The notes below the pieces were generated by a model. The model was not told the origin of the DNA. It worked only from the letters and a program-made list of their open reading frames with translations, and made no database searches. Shown piece by piece: positions 1 through 8,441 of a stretch of 64,000 nucleotides of DNA. Within the stretch, counting starts at the first letter, position 1. Each line of letters starts with the position of its first letter. Source of the stretch: Bacteroidales bacterium (lineage in GTDB: Bacteria; Bacteroidota; Bacteroidia; Bacteroidales; UBA932); the NCBI GenBank assembly GCA_017960545.1, contig JAGCYZ010000051.1, forward strand, positions 19,784 to 83,783, written 5' to 3'. The translations under genes and the position numbers were made by a program.

Positions 1-187
1 TTACCTTCTTGACATAGAAAACCACACCTCCCGGCCTGTTACCGGTATCCACCAGTCCCAGTTTGTCGCACCGCTCTATGATTGCCGGCGGATAATTGAA
101 GATGGTCTTGACAGGATTCCTGGACATCAGGAACACAAAGAGCGTGAACACCCCGCACGCTACAACGGACTCAATAATAAAGGTCAT
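1..187 (-). CDS. Hypothetical membrane protein, 3'-truncated by the window edge
   Basis: Read by hand from ATG at 187: MTFIIESVVACGVFTLFVFLMSRNPVKTIFNYPPAIIERCDKLGLVD...; open to position 1; hydrophobic N-terminus. Confidence 0.7.
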   Translation of the reverse strand, partial: MTFIIESVVACGVFTLFVFLMSRNPVKTIFNYPPAIIERCDKLGLVDTGNRPGGVVFYVKKV

Positions 188-230
188 ACTAAGAAGCTTT
201 TCCAATGTTAAATGTAAGCAAAATGGCCGT

Positions 231-345
231 AAAAGAAAAATCGGCACATCTCCCGACGTGCCGATCCAAACCTTTTGAGATATCTTTACAAACAACAAAG
301 GTAAGTTATGAAACGATTACATCACATTCATTCAATCATTCAACT
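231..345 (-). ncRNA. Candidate small RNA (~110 nt) ending in a GGGA-tetraloop terminator
   Basis: Degenerate -7 box (TGCCTTTG) at ~350-357, AU-rich body, hairpin GATCGGCACGTC-GGGA-GATGTGCCGATT followed by a U-tract. Confidence 0.45.
239..266 (-). terminator. Intrinsic terminator, copy 1 of a 28-bp direct repeat
   Basis: Plus strand AATCGGCACATCTCCCGACGTGCCGATC; minus-strand hairpin followed by TTTCTTTT. Confidence 0.75.
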
Positions 346-488
346 GTTGCAAAGGCACTGCCCCCAATTGTCAACTTTTGACACACCTCAAAAAAGATTC
401 TCATTTCTCACGAAAAAAAGAAAGACCAATGCCTCCGCCGATGCGCCGCGGTTTCCTTCCCACCGCAACCTCCTACTTCACCTTTCAC

Positions 489-644
489 CCAAAACGAAAT
501 TCGGAGGGATATGCAATGTGCCTCCCACTACGTTCTATGGCACTTAGCGCATCCCGCCGAGCCCAAATCCCCTCAGAGGGATCACCATAAGCCCCCACAG
601 GCCACTCAAATGCCTATACTTCATCCTTCCGAATTTCATCTTGG
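489..644. repeat. 22-bp imperfect inverted repeat enclosing 112 bp (MITE-like or structured RNA)
   Basis: CCAAAACGAAATTCGGAGGGAT (489-510) matches the reverse complement of 623-644 at 19/22. Confidence 0.45.
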
Positions 645-732
645 CCAAAACCAACCCCAAAGAATTCTTTCTCTACCCGATGGCGCCCCACACCCCGCAA
701 GCGCTGAACCTCCACTCAAAGTTATCAATAAC

Positions 733-760
733 AATCGGCACATCTCCCGACGTGCCGATC
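733..760 (-). terminator. Terminator hairpin after the DUF262 pair, copy 2 of the 28-bp repeat
   Basis: Identical to 239-266; 13 bp downstream of the DUF262/DUF1524 stop codon. Confidence 0.7.
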
Positions 761-773
761 TCTTTATTTAATA

Positions 774-2714
774 CTAATCTATAACTTCAACTGAGTTCTC
801 GCTAATGATGTTTCGGTGATTCTCAACATCAAAGGAGGCCTTCAGAACCCTTATCATCTCTTTCTCTCTTTGTATGACTTGCTCTTCACCCCAACGCTCA
901 TTATTTGAATAAAGGAGCATCATGGAAAGACTATCCAACGGCTCTTTTTTCTCAAGACAATCTTTAATATAACCCATCTTGACCTGATATTCGCTTCTGC
1001 TCAATCTTGAATTCATACTTGAAGAGATCATAACAAGATTCCCAAAACTGTCCAGGTTCTGGATTGGATCTTTATCTTCCGGATGCTGGGGAGAAACATG
1101 CTCAATGGATCTGTTTCTCTTAAACGTATAATCATCTACCAGAGAACTTAGTTCTTTGAAGTTCCTGAAATAATTGTCCTTATCAAAAAGATCCTTTCGA
1201 TTCTTCCATATATAGAAATCAAGCCTCCAAAACCAGTATCGGTCAATATGATCATACGTCATTCTTTCCTGGGGATTATCAAGGTCCGCCCTGTTTGCAT
1301 TACCTTTTGGCGAGTTCTCCCTGATATTATCGTCTTTTATTCTTAGCCACTCAAAGAGGTCAGAATAATTATAATCCGTCTTACGAGACACTTCCTCCAG
1401 AAGATCCGGAATCCATAAGTAGTATGATTTGGAACCTGATGCCACATACATCAAAGATTCATACATTATGAGCTCTTCTTTGCTATCCTGTAGTCCTTCG
1501 ACAAACATCTCTAAAGAATAATTCTCAGATTTGTCTGCTATACGAATCAAGTAATAATCATATAGCAGCCTGTAATGAAGCAGATTCCTTATAAAAACGT
1601 CCGAATCAGGCTTTAAACAATTATCAAACGTTGCGAGCAGTTTGTTCACGTCAAAGAAATCCGTAATGTTTATTACAGAAGAGTCCGGTTTGTTTGTAAT
1701 GTACAAGATCTGAAGCAGGAATTCAGAGAAAGAAAGAATTGAGCGATAGCCCTCGAATCCTCTATCTTCTTTAGGCTCTTTTAATTGATCCTCAGGCGGC
1801 TCCTGAATCTCCCTTATTTTAATTGACTCGGTATCCTCTCCGTATATTTCATCTCCTTTGAAATCATTTACATAATCCTTCTTAAAGAAAGAATCCAGGT
1901 CATAATCATTACCATCTTTGGTCAACCTTATTGCATTCTTGAACCTATCTCTAAAGGCTTCAACTGTCTCATATTTAGTCCTCTGATGGACGAGTTTTCT
2001 ATCCATATCAGAGACGGCATTCCATACCCGGGTATAGTATTCTTTATTACAGTTTTTCGGCAGTTTCGAAAGCAACTTGACCTTTAGTATTTCATGGTTT
2101 TCCAGGTTTTTCCCGGTGGAATTCATAGCCTCGAAGTATTTATTAAGCTCCTTTGGTTGGTAATTGTCCGGAAGTCTCGAAATGAACAAAGAAGTCTTTT
2201 CAAATATGTATTTGATATAAGAATCATACTCCTCTGAAGGAATATCATTTTTCATCACTTTCTGAATCTCATCAAGCCCATCCTCCATCCTTTGGTTGAT
2301 ATAATCTGATGGATTAATGCCTTTTATTTTATCAGTTAAATAGTCATTGTCCTCATCCCGTGCTTCATAGTGAATACGTGGCTTTTCATTAACCAACAGA
2401 AACGACTCCCATCCCGCCTTGACCTCCGCATCTGAACATAAGTCCTTAAACTGTATTCCTAGCAGCATCAAGACCGAGAATCTCTGTTGTCCATCAACAA
2501 GCTCATTCTTTGCAGTGGATGTCACCATCCCAATATAATAGCGCTCGGTTCCTTCTCTTTTCTTATAGCTGTTATAAAGGTCTATCATCAACCCCCTTAC
2601 AGCATCTCTTCGCCACTCAAAAAGACGCTGGTACATTGGAATCGAGTACTTAGTTGGAGTATTTGCTATGCTTTGCGGTGTTACGCAATCTGTCGCTGTT
2701 ATCTTTTGAACCAT
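774..2714 (-). CDS. DUF262 + DUF1524 protein (GmrSD-like type IV restriction enzyme)
   Basis: 646 aa; DUF262 motifs IPMYQRLFEW, LVDGQQR, FEAMNSTGKNL; C-terminal HNH-like SIEHVSPQ...GNLVMISSSMNS. Confidence 0.85.
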   Translation of the reverse strand: MVQKITATDCVTPQSIANTPTKYSIPMYQRLFEWRRDAVRGLMIDLYNSYKKREGTERYYIGMVTSTAKNELVDGQQRFSVLMLLGIQFKDLCSDAEVKAGWESFLLVNEKPRIHYEARDEDNDYLTDKIKGINPSDYINQRMEDGLDEIQKVMKNDIPSEEYDSYIKYIFEKTSLFISRLPDNYQPKELNKYFEAMNSTGKNLENHEILKVKLLSKLPKNCNKEYYTRVWNAVSDMDRKLVHQRTKYETVEAFRDRFKNAIRLTKDGNDYDLDSFFKKDYVNDFKGDEIYGEDTESIKIREIQEPPEDQLKEPKEDRGFEGYRSILSFSEFLLQILYITNKPDSSVINITDFFDVNKLLATFDNCLKPDSDVFIRNLLHYRLLYDYYLIRIADKSENYSLEMFVEGLQDSKEELIMYESLMYVASGSKSYYLWIPDLLEEVSRKTDYNYSDLFEWLRIKDDNIRENSPKGNANRADLDNPQERMTYDHIDRYWFWRLDFYIWKNRKDLFDKDNYFRNFKELSSLVDDYTFKRNRSIEHVSPQHPEDKDPIQNLDSFGNLVMISSSMNSRLSRSEYQVKMGYIKDCLEKKEPLDSLSMMLLYSNNERWGEEQVIQREKEMIRVLKASFDVENHRNIISENSVEVID

Positions 2715-4459
2715 GTCTTTACATTTTTAATGGATTGGATATCGGAGTCGATTTTATCAAAGACCGAACGAAGTCTTCTACAATAATCCGCCCGGATATA
2801 TTGGGGATTTGGATCAATGGACAACTCCCTGTTGACGTCAAGAAGCTCCTTGAAAAAGAAAGTTGGAGAAGTAGCCTGATCTATCATTTGCACTATCTCT
2901 GTATCTCCTGCCTTCTCCAAAAGCTTTGGATAATTCACCCTGGAGGTCTCGAGTCTAAACTGAGATATCCTGGCACTGATCAGAATCAATGCTTCATTGA
3001 AATAGATATTGCCGAACTTTAAGTAATAAGCAAATAATAAGGCTTCAATAATATCCCTGAACATCCAATGCGATTTGCATTGCATTCCTTCGTGAAGCAG
3101 TTTATACTGTTCCAATGAGGCAAACTGACGGAATCTGTCCACAAAGACATCCACGTAATTGAAGAAATGGGCTCCGCCTTGAATGGGTTCATAAAAATTA
3201 AAGGCTTCGCCGAAAGCAGGTATATCCTCAATTATCCTGGCTGCCTCATACTCGTTCTTCACCCTGTACTTTTCCTTTTCATTCCAGGTGTTCTTACGCA
3301 TCCACCTCCTGAGACGGAAAATATACAGGTCCAGAGTCCTGACGTGAGGCTTTTCAGATTCAGTGTCTCCAGACAGAATCAACATTTGATTCCATCTCTT
3401 TGCCAGATTTTTCGTCTGCGCCTCAGTCTCCACATAACGCAGATGATGTGCTTTCAAGAGGTCGAAATCTGTCAGTACCTGTCCTCTTGAGTTCTCGTTG
3501 GAGAAGAAAGTATAAGCCAGATCAAGAGCGTTATTATTAAGTACGAGGGCGTAGAATTCAAGATTCTTAAGGATTTTGTTCCTTAATTCTTCTGTGACCG
3601 ACGATGAGTTCTTAGTCAGGTATTGCCTTATGATATATCTATTGTACGATATGTACTTGATAGCCATAGTATCTTTAAATTCCTCAGAAAGAAGAGGGAT
3701 ATCCTGCACCCCCATTATTTGAAGGATGAGTGCAAGGGTAATCAATCGTTGCTGTCCATCAATGATATCATACTTCCCTTCTTTTCTCTGAAGAATAATT
3801 GCGCCTAACATATAAGTGCCGCCAAGGCTGAAGATGTCATCAAGCAGTCTGGTCACATTCTTTTTTTGCCAACAGTAAATCCGCTGATAGGGCGGAATTT
3901 TCAGACTGAGATTCAGCAAATCAGAAAGGTTGATTCTGAACAGGCTTACATCTTCTCCAGTATCAGAATCGAATTCATTTTCAGCCTCAGGAAGGGGACG
4001 TTCTTCCAAATCGATATATTCGCTTGGAGACTGAAAGACCTGAATATGCTTGTCAAACAGTTCTTTCATATATAGAAGACCTTCTGCCGCATCATCCTTA
4101 CTTTGGCAACCTTTTGTTAGCCTACAGGCATTAATCCTCTCTTTCGTTTGGTTCTCAGTGTTTCTCGTAAACCATTCAAGTTCTCCTTTCTGAACCAATG
4201 CAGATGTTTTCTTCTGGAGATAGTCAATAAGTGGAGCTTCTTTCTCTGCCGTATCGCCTTCAAAATGAAGTTCTATATAACCGTTTATTACTTCATAATG
4301 AATATTGTCCTTCTCTTCCGATTCTCCCTCAAATTTAGTCCAGAACTGTATATAGCGGTATTTGTTCTCCATGTATCTCAAATTCCTGGTCTTATAACCG
4401 CCTACTTTCTGCTGAAGAAAAACGACTGCTGAATAATCTAGATTAATAATATCCATCAC
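2699..4459 (-). CDS. DUF262 protein with extra N-terminal domain and no recognisable HNH motif
   Basis: 586 aa; IPPYQRIYCW, IIDGQQRLITL, NENSRGQVLTDFDLLKAHHL; overlaps the next gene by 16 bp. Confidence 0.85.
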   Translation of the reverse strand: MMDIINLDYSAVVFLQQKVGGYKTRNLRYMENKYRYIQFWTKFEGESEEKDNIHYEVINGYIELHFEGDTAEKEAPLIDYLQKKTSALVQKGELEWFTRNTENQTKERINACRLTKGCQSKDDAAEGLLYMKELFDKHIQVFQSPSEYIDLEERPLPEAENEFDSDTGEDVSLFRINLSDLLNLSLKIPPYQRIYCWQKKNVTRLLDDIFSLGGTYMLGAIILQRKEGKYDIIDGQQRLITLALILQIMGVQDIPLLSEEFKDTMAIKYISYNRYIIRQYLTKNSSSVTEELRNKILKNLEFYALVLNNNALDLAYTFFSNENSRGQVLTDFDLLKAHHLRYVETEAQTKNLAKRWNQMLILSGDTESEKPHVRTLDLYIFRLRRWMRKNTWNEKEKYRVKNEYEAARIIEDIPAFGEAFNFYEPIQGGAHFFNYVDVFVDRFRQFASLEQYKLLHEGMQCKSHWMFRDIIEALLFAYYLKFGNIYFNEALILISARISQFRLETSRVNYPKLLEKAGDTEIVQMIDQATSPTFFFKELLDVNRELSIDPNPQYIRADYCRRLRSVFDKIDSDIQSIKNVKTWFKR

Positions 4460-4481
4460 TATGACTACTAATATTCATTTT

Positions 4482-4510
4482 CAAATTTAGCATAATTAAT
4501 CGATACAAAA
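4482..4510 (-). promoter_or_regulatory. Bacteroidetes-type sigma70 promoter for the DUF262 pair
   Basis: -7 box TAAATTTG (4489-4482) and upstream TTTTG (4510-4506). Confidence 0.55.
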
Positions 4511-4619
4511 TTGGAAAGTATGTTTCAGTTCCATCCTTGTCAACTTTATGTTCTATGGAACTGATGTAATTGGGTAGGATTTCCAGGATGATAATATTCC
4601 TTTTTGCCATAGGGTTCTG

Positions 4620-5012
4620 TTAATCTACCATATAGATGCTGACGTTGATGCGGGGCCGGGAGGGGTCCTGGCGGTTTATTGAGACCACTTTGCAGTTGAA
4701 GAGTTTGCCAGCGTCCATCAGGCGGGCTATGACCAGGTTGTCTTTCATTGGGACCCAGCCTATGCGGGTTTGGTTGAAGTAGATGCCTATGGCGTATTGG
4801 TCCACTTCGTTTTCCGGCTGGCGGCGCATTGTGAGGTGGGTGGTGTCGGTGATCTGGTCCTGGATCTGCGCTATGGTCTTGCAGTATTGGATACCGGCGA
4901 CATATACGTTTATGACGAATATCTCCCTGCCGAAGGGAATTATGTCCTGTCCTCCATTGTTGTGGAGGAGTGACATCAGCTGGGGGTTTAACTTGATGAG
5001 TCCGGATTCCAT
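4620..5012 (-). CDS. Stand-alone HIRAN domain protein
   Basis: Probable start MESGLIKL at 5012; VAGIQY...MRRQPENEVDQYAIGIY...IGWVP...IARLMDAG matches the HIRAN pattern. Confidence 0.85.
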   Translation of the reverse strand: MESGLIKLNPQLMSLLHNNGGQDIIPFGREIFVINVYVAGIQYCKTIAQIQDQITDTTHLTMRRQPENEVDQYAIGIYFNQTRIGWVPMKDNLVIARLMDAGKLFNCKVVSINRQDPSRPRINVSIYMVD

Positions 5013-5821
5013 AATTTGAGCATCATTAAATAGTCTTGGAGTTCTTTGAGGCGGGATTGGGCCTTGGCGATGCGTTCTTTCAGTTCTTGCTGCTGTTCCT
5101 TGATCCATTGGGGGTCGAGGATCCTGTCGCGGTATATAAAGGGGAACTGGGAGTTCATCAGGTCTATGCGTTCCTGGAAGATGGCTATGGACTCTCTGGC
5201 CTTTTCTATCAGGGTGAGGAGGTCTTCGTTGGGAAGGCCGTTGAGGGCGTCAAGGTTGTTGGTCTGGATGAGAAGGGCTATCTGGCGGAGGGTCTGGACA
5301 TCTCCTTTGCGGTAGGCGCTGGCGGCCTTGATGAAAAGGTCGCACTCTTCCCTGCCCTGGTCCGGATGGAGGTCTGGGTGAAGGGCCTTGGCAATCATCC
5401 GGTAGAGGTCCCGGAGTTCTTTGGTTTCCTCCTTGCTGAGGCAAGGGGCGTTGAGGTATTCCTCCGCCTGCTTGAGTTCGGCCTCCTTTTGCTCTATGCG
5501 GGCCTGGTATTCCCTTCTGGCGGCTTTGACCTGTTCTTCGATGCGATAGTGGTCTATGGGGGCGTTGTGGTTGATGTACGCCTGGGTAAGGCTGATCTCC
5601 AACTGGGTGAGCTTGATCTGGATACCAAGCTTGAACTCCTCAAAGAGGAGGACGCCCACGGAGGCTTCGTACAGGGAGTTGAGCATTGGACGCTCTTCGA
5701 ACTGCATGTACTCCGCCCTGGCGAAGAGCCGGGCGGACTGCTCGCGCAGTTCTTTCAATTGGGCCTGGAGGGCCGCCACCTGCGGATGCAGGGTGATGGA
5801 TTGAGCTGTAGAAATAATCAT
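4988..5821 (-). CDS. Coiled-coil protein with internal J-domain (DnaJ-like)
   Basis: 277 aa; LRDLYRMIAKALHPD...FIKAASAY J-domain helices with HPD motif; overlaps the HIRAN gene start by 25 bp. Confidence 0.8.
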   Translation of the reverse strand: MIISTAQSITLHPQVAALQAQLKELREQSARLFARAEYMQFEERPMLNSLYEASVGVLLFEEFKLGIQIKLTQLEISLTQAYINHNAPIDHYRIEEQVKAARREYQARIEQKEAELKQAEEYLNAPCLSKEETKELRDLYRMIAKALHPDLHPDQGREECDLFIKAASAYRKGDVQTLRQIALLIQTNNLDALNGLPNEDLLTLIEKARESIAIFQERIDLMNSQFPFIYRDRILDPQWIKEQQQELKERIAKAQSRLKELQDYLMMLKLWNPDSSS

Positions 5822-5867
5822 GTCCTGTATCTTTAACTGCTAATTACGGCAGCGAAGATACAGGACA
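5821..5867. promoter_or_regulatory. Perfect 13-bp inverted repeat (21-bp spacer) over the promoter and start of the J-domain gene
   Basis: TGTCCTGTATCTT (5821-5833) / AAGATACAGGACA (5855-5867); overlaps a minus-strand TATCTTCG -7-like box. Confidence 0.6.
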
Positions 5868-5892
5868 GGAATGTCAAGTTTTGACAAATAAA

Positions 5893-7128
5893 TTATTTGT
5901 TCTTCTTGAAGTCGCGGACGGTGTAGTAAACGGGCTTGCGCTGATAGTTGCTGTCGAAGAGCAGCGGGTAGTTGTTGGCACCGAGCCAGGAGTCGCGGTC
6001 GCTGACGTTCCAGAAGGTTACGCAGGAGATGTTCTTGCTGTACTTGCGCATAATCTCAAAGAGGTCCTTGTACTTCTTGTCCTGCATCTGCTGGATTTCC
6101 TCTGTGTACTGCTGGCCCTCGCCACGGCTGAACTGGAGTCCGCCGCCGGCCTCTTCGTTGATGCGGATGTCAAACTCGGTGATCTGGATGTCATCTACGA
6201 GCTCAAGGTACATCTTGATGGCTGTCTCGAAATCTTCAAGGGTGGGGTTGTCAAAGATGTTGTAGTGGCCCTGCATACCGATTCCGGTGATAGGGGCGCC
6301 CTCTGACTGGAGTTTCTTGACCATATTGTAGATGTAGGTCCTCTTTGCGGGAGTCCAAGCGCTGTAGTCATTGTAGAACAGGCCGCAGTTGGGATCGGCC
6401 TCGTGGGCCCAGATGAAGGCGTTCTTGATGAACTCGTCGCCGCAGAGCTGGTATGCCTGGGACTTGCGGAAGGAATCCTCGTATGGTGCATCGGGGTTGT
6501 TGGCGTCGCTCATTGCCTCGTTGACTACGTCCCAGCAGTAGATGACGTCCTTGTAGCGGTTGACAACGGTCTGGATATGAACCTTGAGGGAGTCGTAGAA
6601 CTCCTGCTTGCTGGCTGCCACGTACTTGGGAACCTTGGTCATTTCCATCTGGGGGGCTCCGCCGGGGCCGCCTGCGGGACGCTGTCCGCCCGGGCGGAAA
6701 CGGCCGAATGCGGGCCTTTCTACCCATACGGTGTCGCCCTTTTCGTCAAGCTCGACCACAGGGTTGCCGTTCTCGTCGTGTTTTGTGAACATCCAGGAAG
6801 CGAACTGGCTATGCCATACAAGGTTATGGCCACGCATCTTGATGCCGTGCTCGCGGCAGAAGTTTGCAATGATATCGGCCTTTTCAAAGTTCCATACGCC
6901 GGCTTCGGGATGGAGCTCGCCGGGTTTCATACAGTTCTCAGCGGTGATGCTGTTGTACTCCTTGAGGATGATGGATGCGATGAGGGAGTCAGCTACGTTA
7001 CGCTCGGTTACGGCAACTCCAATCTTGAAATACTTCTTGTACGCGTCCTTGAGGCCCGGATCCTTGGGGCCGCAAGCGCTCATCATTACTACGGATACGA
7101 TGAGAGCGAGAATTGAATACTTTTTCAT
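5893..7128 (-). CDS. GH10 endo-1,4-beta-xylanase, lipoprotein
   Basis: Lipobox MSAC; ENCMKP, RGHNLVWHSQ, WDVVNE (acid/base), ITEFD (nucleophile). Confidence 0.92.
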   Translation of the reverse strand: MKKYSILALIVSVVMMSACGPKDPGLKDAYKKYFKIGVAVTERNVADSLIASIILKEYNSITAENCMKPGELHPEAGVWNFEKADIIANFCREHGIKMRGHNLVWHSQFASWMFTKHDENGNPVVELDEKGDTVWVERPAFGRFRPGGQRPAGGPGGAPQMEMTKVPKYVAASKQEFYDSLKVHIQTVVNRYKDVIYCWDVVNEAMSDANNPDAPYEDSFRKSQAYQLCGDEFIKNAFIWAHEADPNCGLFYNDYSAWTPAKRTYIYNMVKKLQSEGAPITGIGMQGHYNIFDNPTLEDFETAIKMYLELVDDIQITEFDIRINEEAGGGLQFSRGEGQQYTEEIQQMQDKKYKDLFEIMRKYSKNISCVTFWNVSDRDSWLGANNYPLLFDSNYQRKPVYYTVRDFKKNK

Positions 7129-7255
7129 TGATATAAAATATGGTGAATTTGCTGTAAGTACACGTTTGTTCAGTTTTCAAAGTTAAGCAATTATCTTGTA
7201 TGAATAACGAAAATAAATTAATAATTTTGATTTGAAGAAATGTGTGACAACGATT

Positions 7256-7492
7256 ATGAAAGCTAAGTATTCCAGAGGGGCCTGCATTACCATCGTGGCT
7301 TTGATATATGCCGTGGCTTTGTTTTGGGGGGTGATGTATGCTTCTGTGTTCGGAGTTGACCTGCTGGTGCTGGCACCGGTGGCAATGACGGCCCTGTTCC
7401 TGTTCATAAGCATCCCTATGATGGAGAAGCGCCAGATGAGGAACAAGCCGGGATATGCGGAATACCGGGAAAGTACCAGGATACTTATCTGA
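7256..7492 (+). pseudogene. Internally deleted DUF1295-like membrane protein remnant
   Basis: 78 aa; C-terminus LFLFISIPMMEKRQMRNKPGYAEYRESTRILI resembles DUF1295 ends, but the core is missing. Confidence 0.55.
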
Positions 7493-7804
7493 TCAGCGTC
7501 TGGTGAGGTCTCTAAGGGAGTCTATGAGGCCTGAGGCGTCCTGGAGGAGGTCATAGAGCCCGTCCTGGGAAAGGACTCCCCTCTTGAGGTCCTGCGGGAG
7601 CCCGCCTTTTTCGTCCACCTCATAGTCTTTCAGCCATTTGCCGGAATCCATATACTTTTTGAGAGCCTTGTAGTTGTCCCGGAAGTCCTGGGACAGGTTC
7701 AGGGCGTCTTCAAGGGCGCGGACGGACTGCTGCAGGGAGTCGAATCTCTCCTCCATCTCGGCAACCCTCTTTACGGAGCGGGAGTTGGATTTATTGAAGA
7801 TCAT
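7493..7804 (-). CDS. DUF4298 family protein
   Basis: W(L)KDYEVDEKGGLPQDLKRGVLSQDGLYDLL family signature. Confidence 0.8.
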   Translation of the reverse strand: MIFNKSNSRSVKRVAEMEERFDSLQQSVRALEDALNLSQDFRDNYKALKKYMDSGKWLKDYEVDEKGGLPQDLKRGVLSQDGLYDLLQDASGLIDSLRDLTRR

Positions 7805-7821
7805 AGGCGGTTATCTGCGGA

Positions 7822-8415
7822 TTAATGGATGTGCTGGGCCGGCCATCCGTAGTCCTTGTAGTACTTGGCGGAAATGCCGTTTGAGCGCACGTATTTGAAT
7901 ACGGCCTTGCGGCGGATTTCCTGCTTCTGGGGACTGTTGCCGTAGAGATCCATGAATTCCTTTGACTTGCGTCCGAAGATTCTGTTTACGCTGGGAATGA
8001 AGTTGGATCCGTCCTCAACGGCATCAAAGGCATCGACCTGATAGTTGCCCTGGGAGTCTTTGGACAGGTGCAACTTGCCGGGATGGTTGCCTCCGGCGAT
8101 AAACATCAGAGTATCTGCCTGTAGGTTGTATTTTTCTACCCAGAAGTCTCCAAGCATCTGGATGTCTTCCGGATTGGATTCATCCACATAGGTGTAGTTG
8201 CTGTAGGTGATGCAGTATTGGGCCTCCGGGTAGTTGGAGCCTATTTCTTCTGCGAGATATTTATCTGCGGCGGCAAGGCAGAGGTCTGCCGTGGCGGGCT
8301 GCGGAGCGGGCTCCGGCGAAGCCTCCTGTGAGGCTTTGCGCTGCCCGCACGCGGCTGCGGCAACTGTAAGCGCGGCCGCCAGGATAATCTTAGTTATAAG
8401 TTTGATCGGTTTCAT
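7822..8415 (-). CDS. Hypothetical lipoprotein
   Basis: Start MKPIKL at 8415, signal peptide ending AAAC, -7 box 4 nt upstream. Confidence 0.75.
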   Translation of the reverse strand: MKPIKLITKIILAAALTVAAAACGQRKASQEASPEPAPQPATADLCLAAADKYLAEEIGSNYPEAQYCITYSNYTYVDESNPEDIQMLGDFWVEKYNLQADTLMFIAGGNHPGKLHLSKDSQGNYQVDAFDAVEDGSNFIPSVNRIFGRKSKEFMDLYGNSPQKQEIRRKAVFKYVRSNGISAKYYKDYGWPAQHIH

Positions 8416-8441
8416 ATCACAAATATACCTATTTTTGCAAT
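8416..8441. promoter_or_regulatory. Back-to-back divergent -7 boxes
   Basis: TATATTTG on minus (8427-8420) and TATTTTTG on plus (8430-8437), each 4 nt from an ATG. Confidence 0.65.

Noticed and set aside
96-771. Four small plus-strand ORFs
   Set aside because: Mutually overlapping and without recognisable motifs; the region is better explained by minus-strand non-coding features
5821-5867. CIRCE heat-shock operator or invertible promoter before the J-domain gene
   Set aside because: Does not match TTAGCACTC-N9-GAGTGCTAA; the 21-bp spacer is too short for a typical invertible segment and no recombinase is nearby
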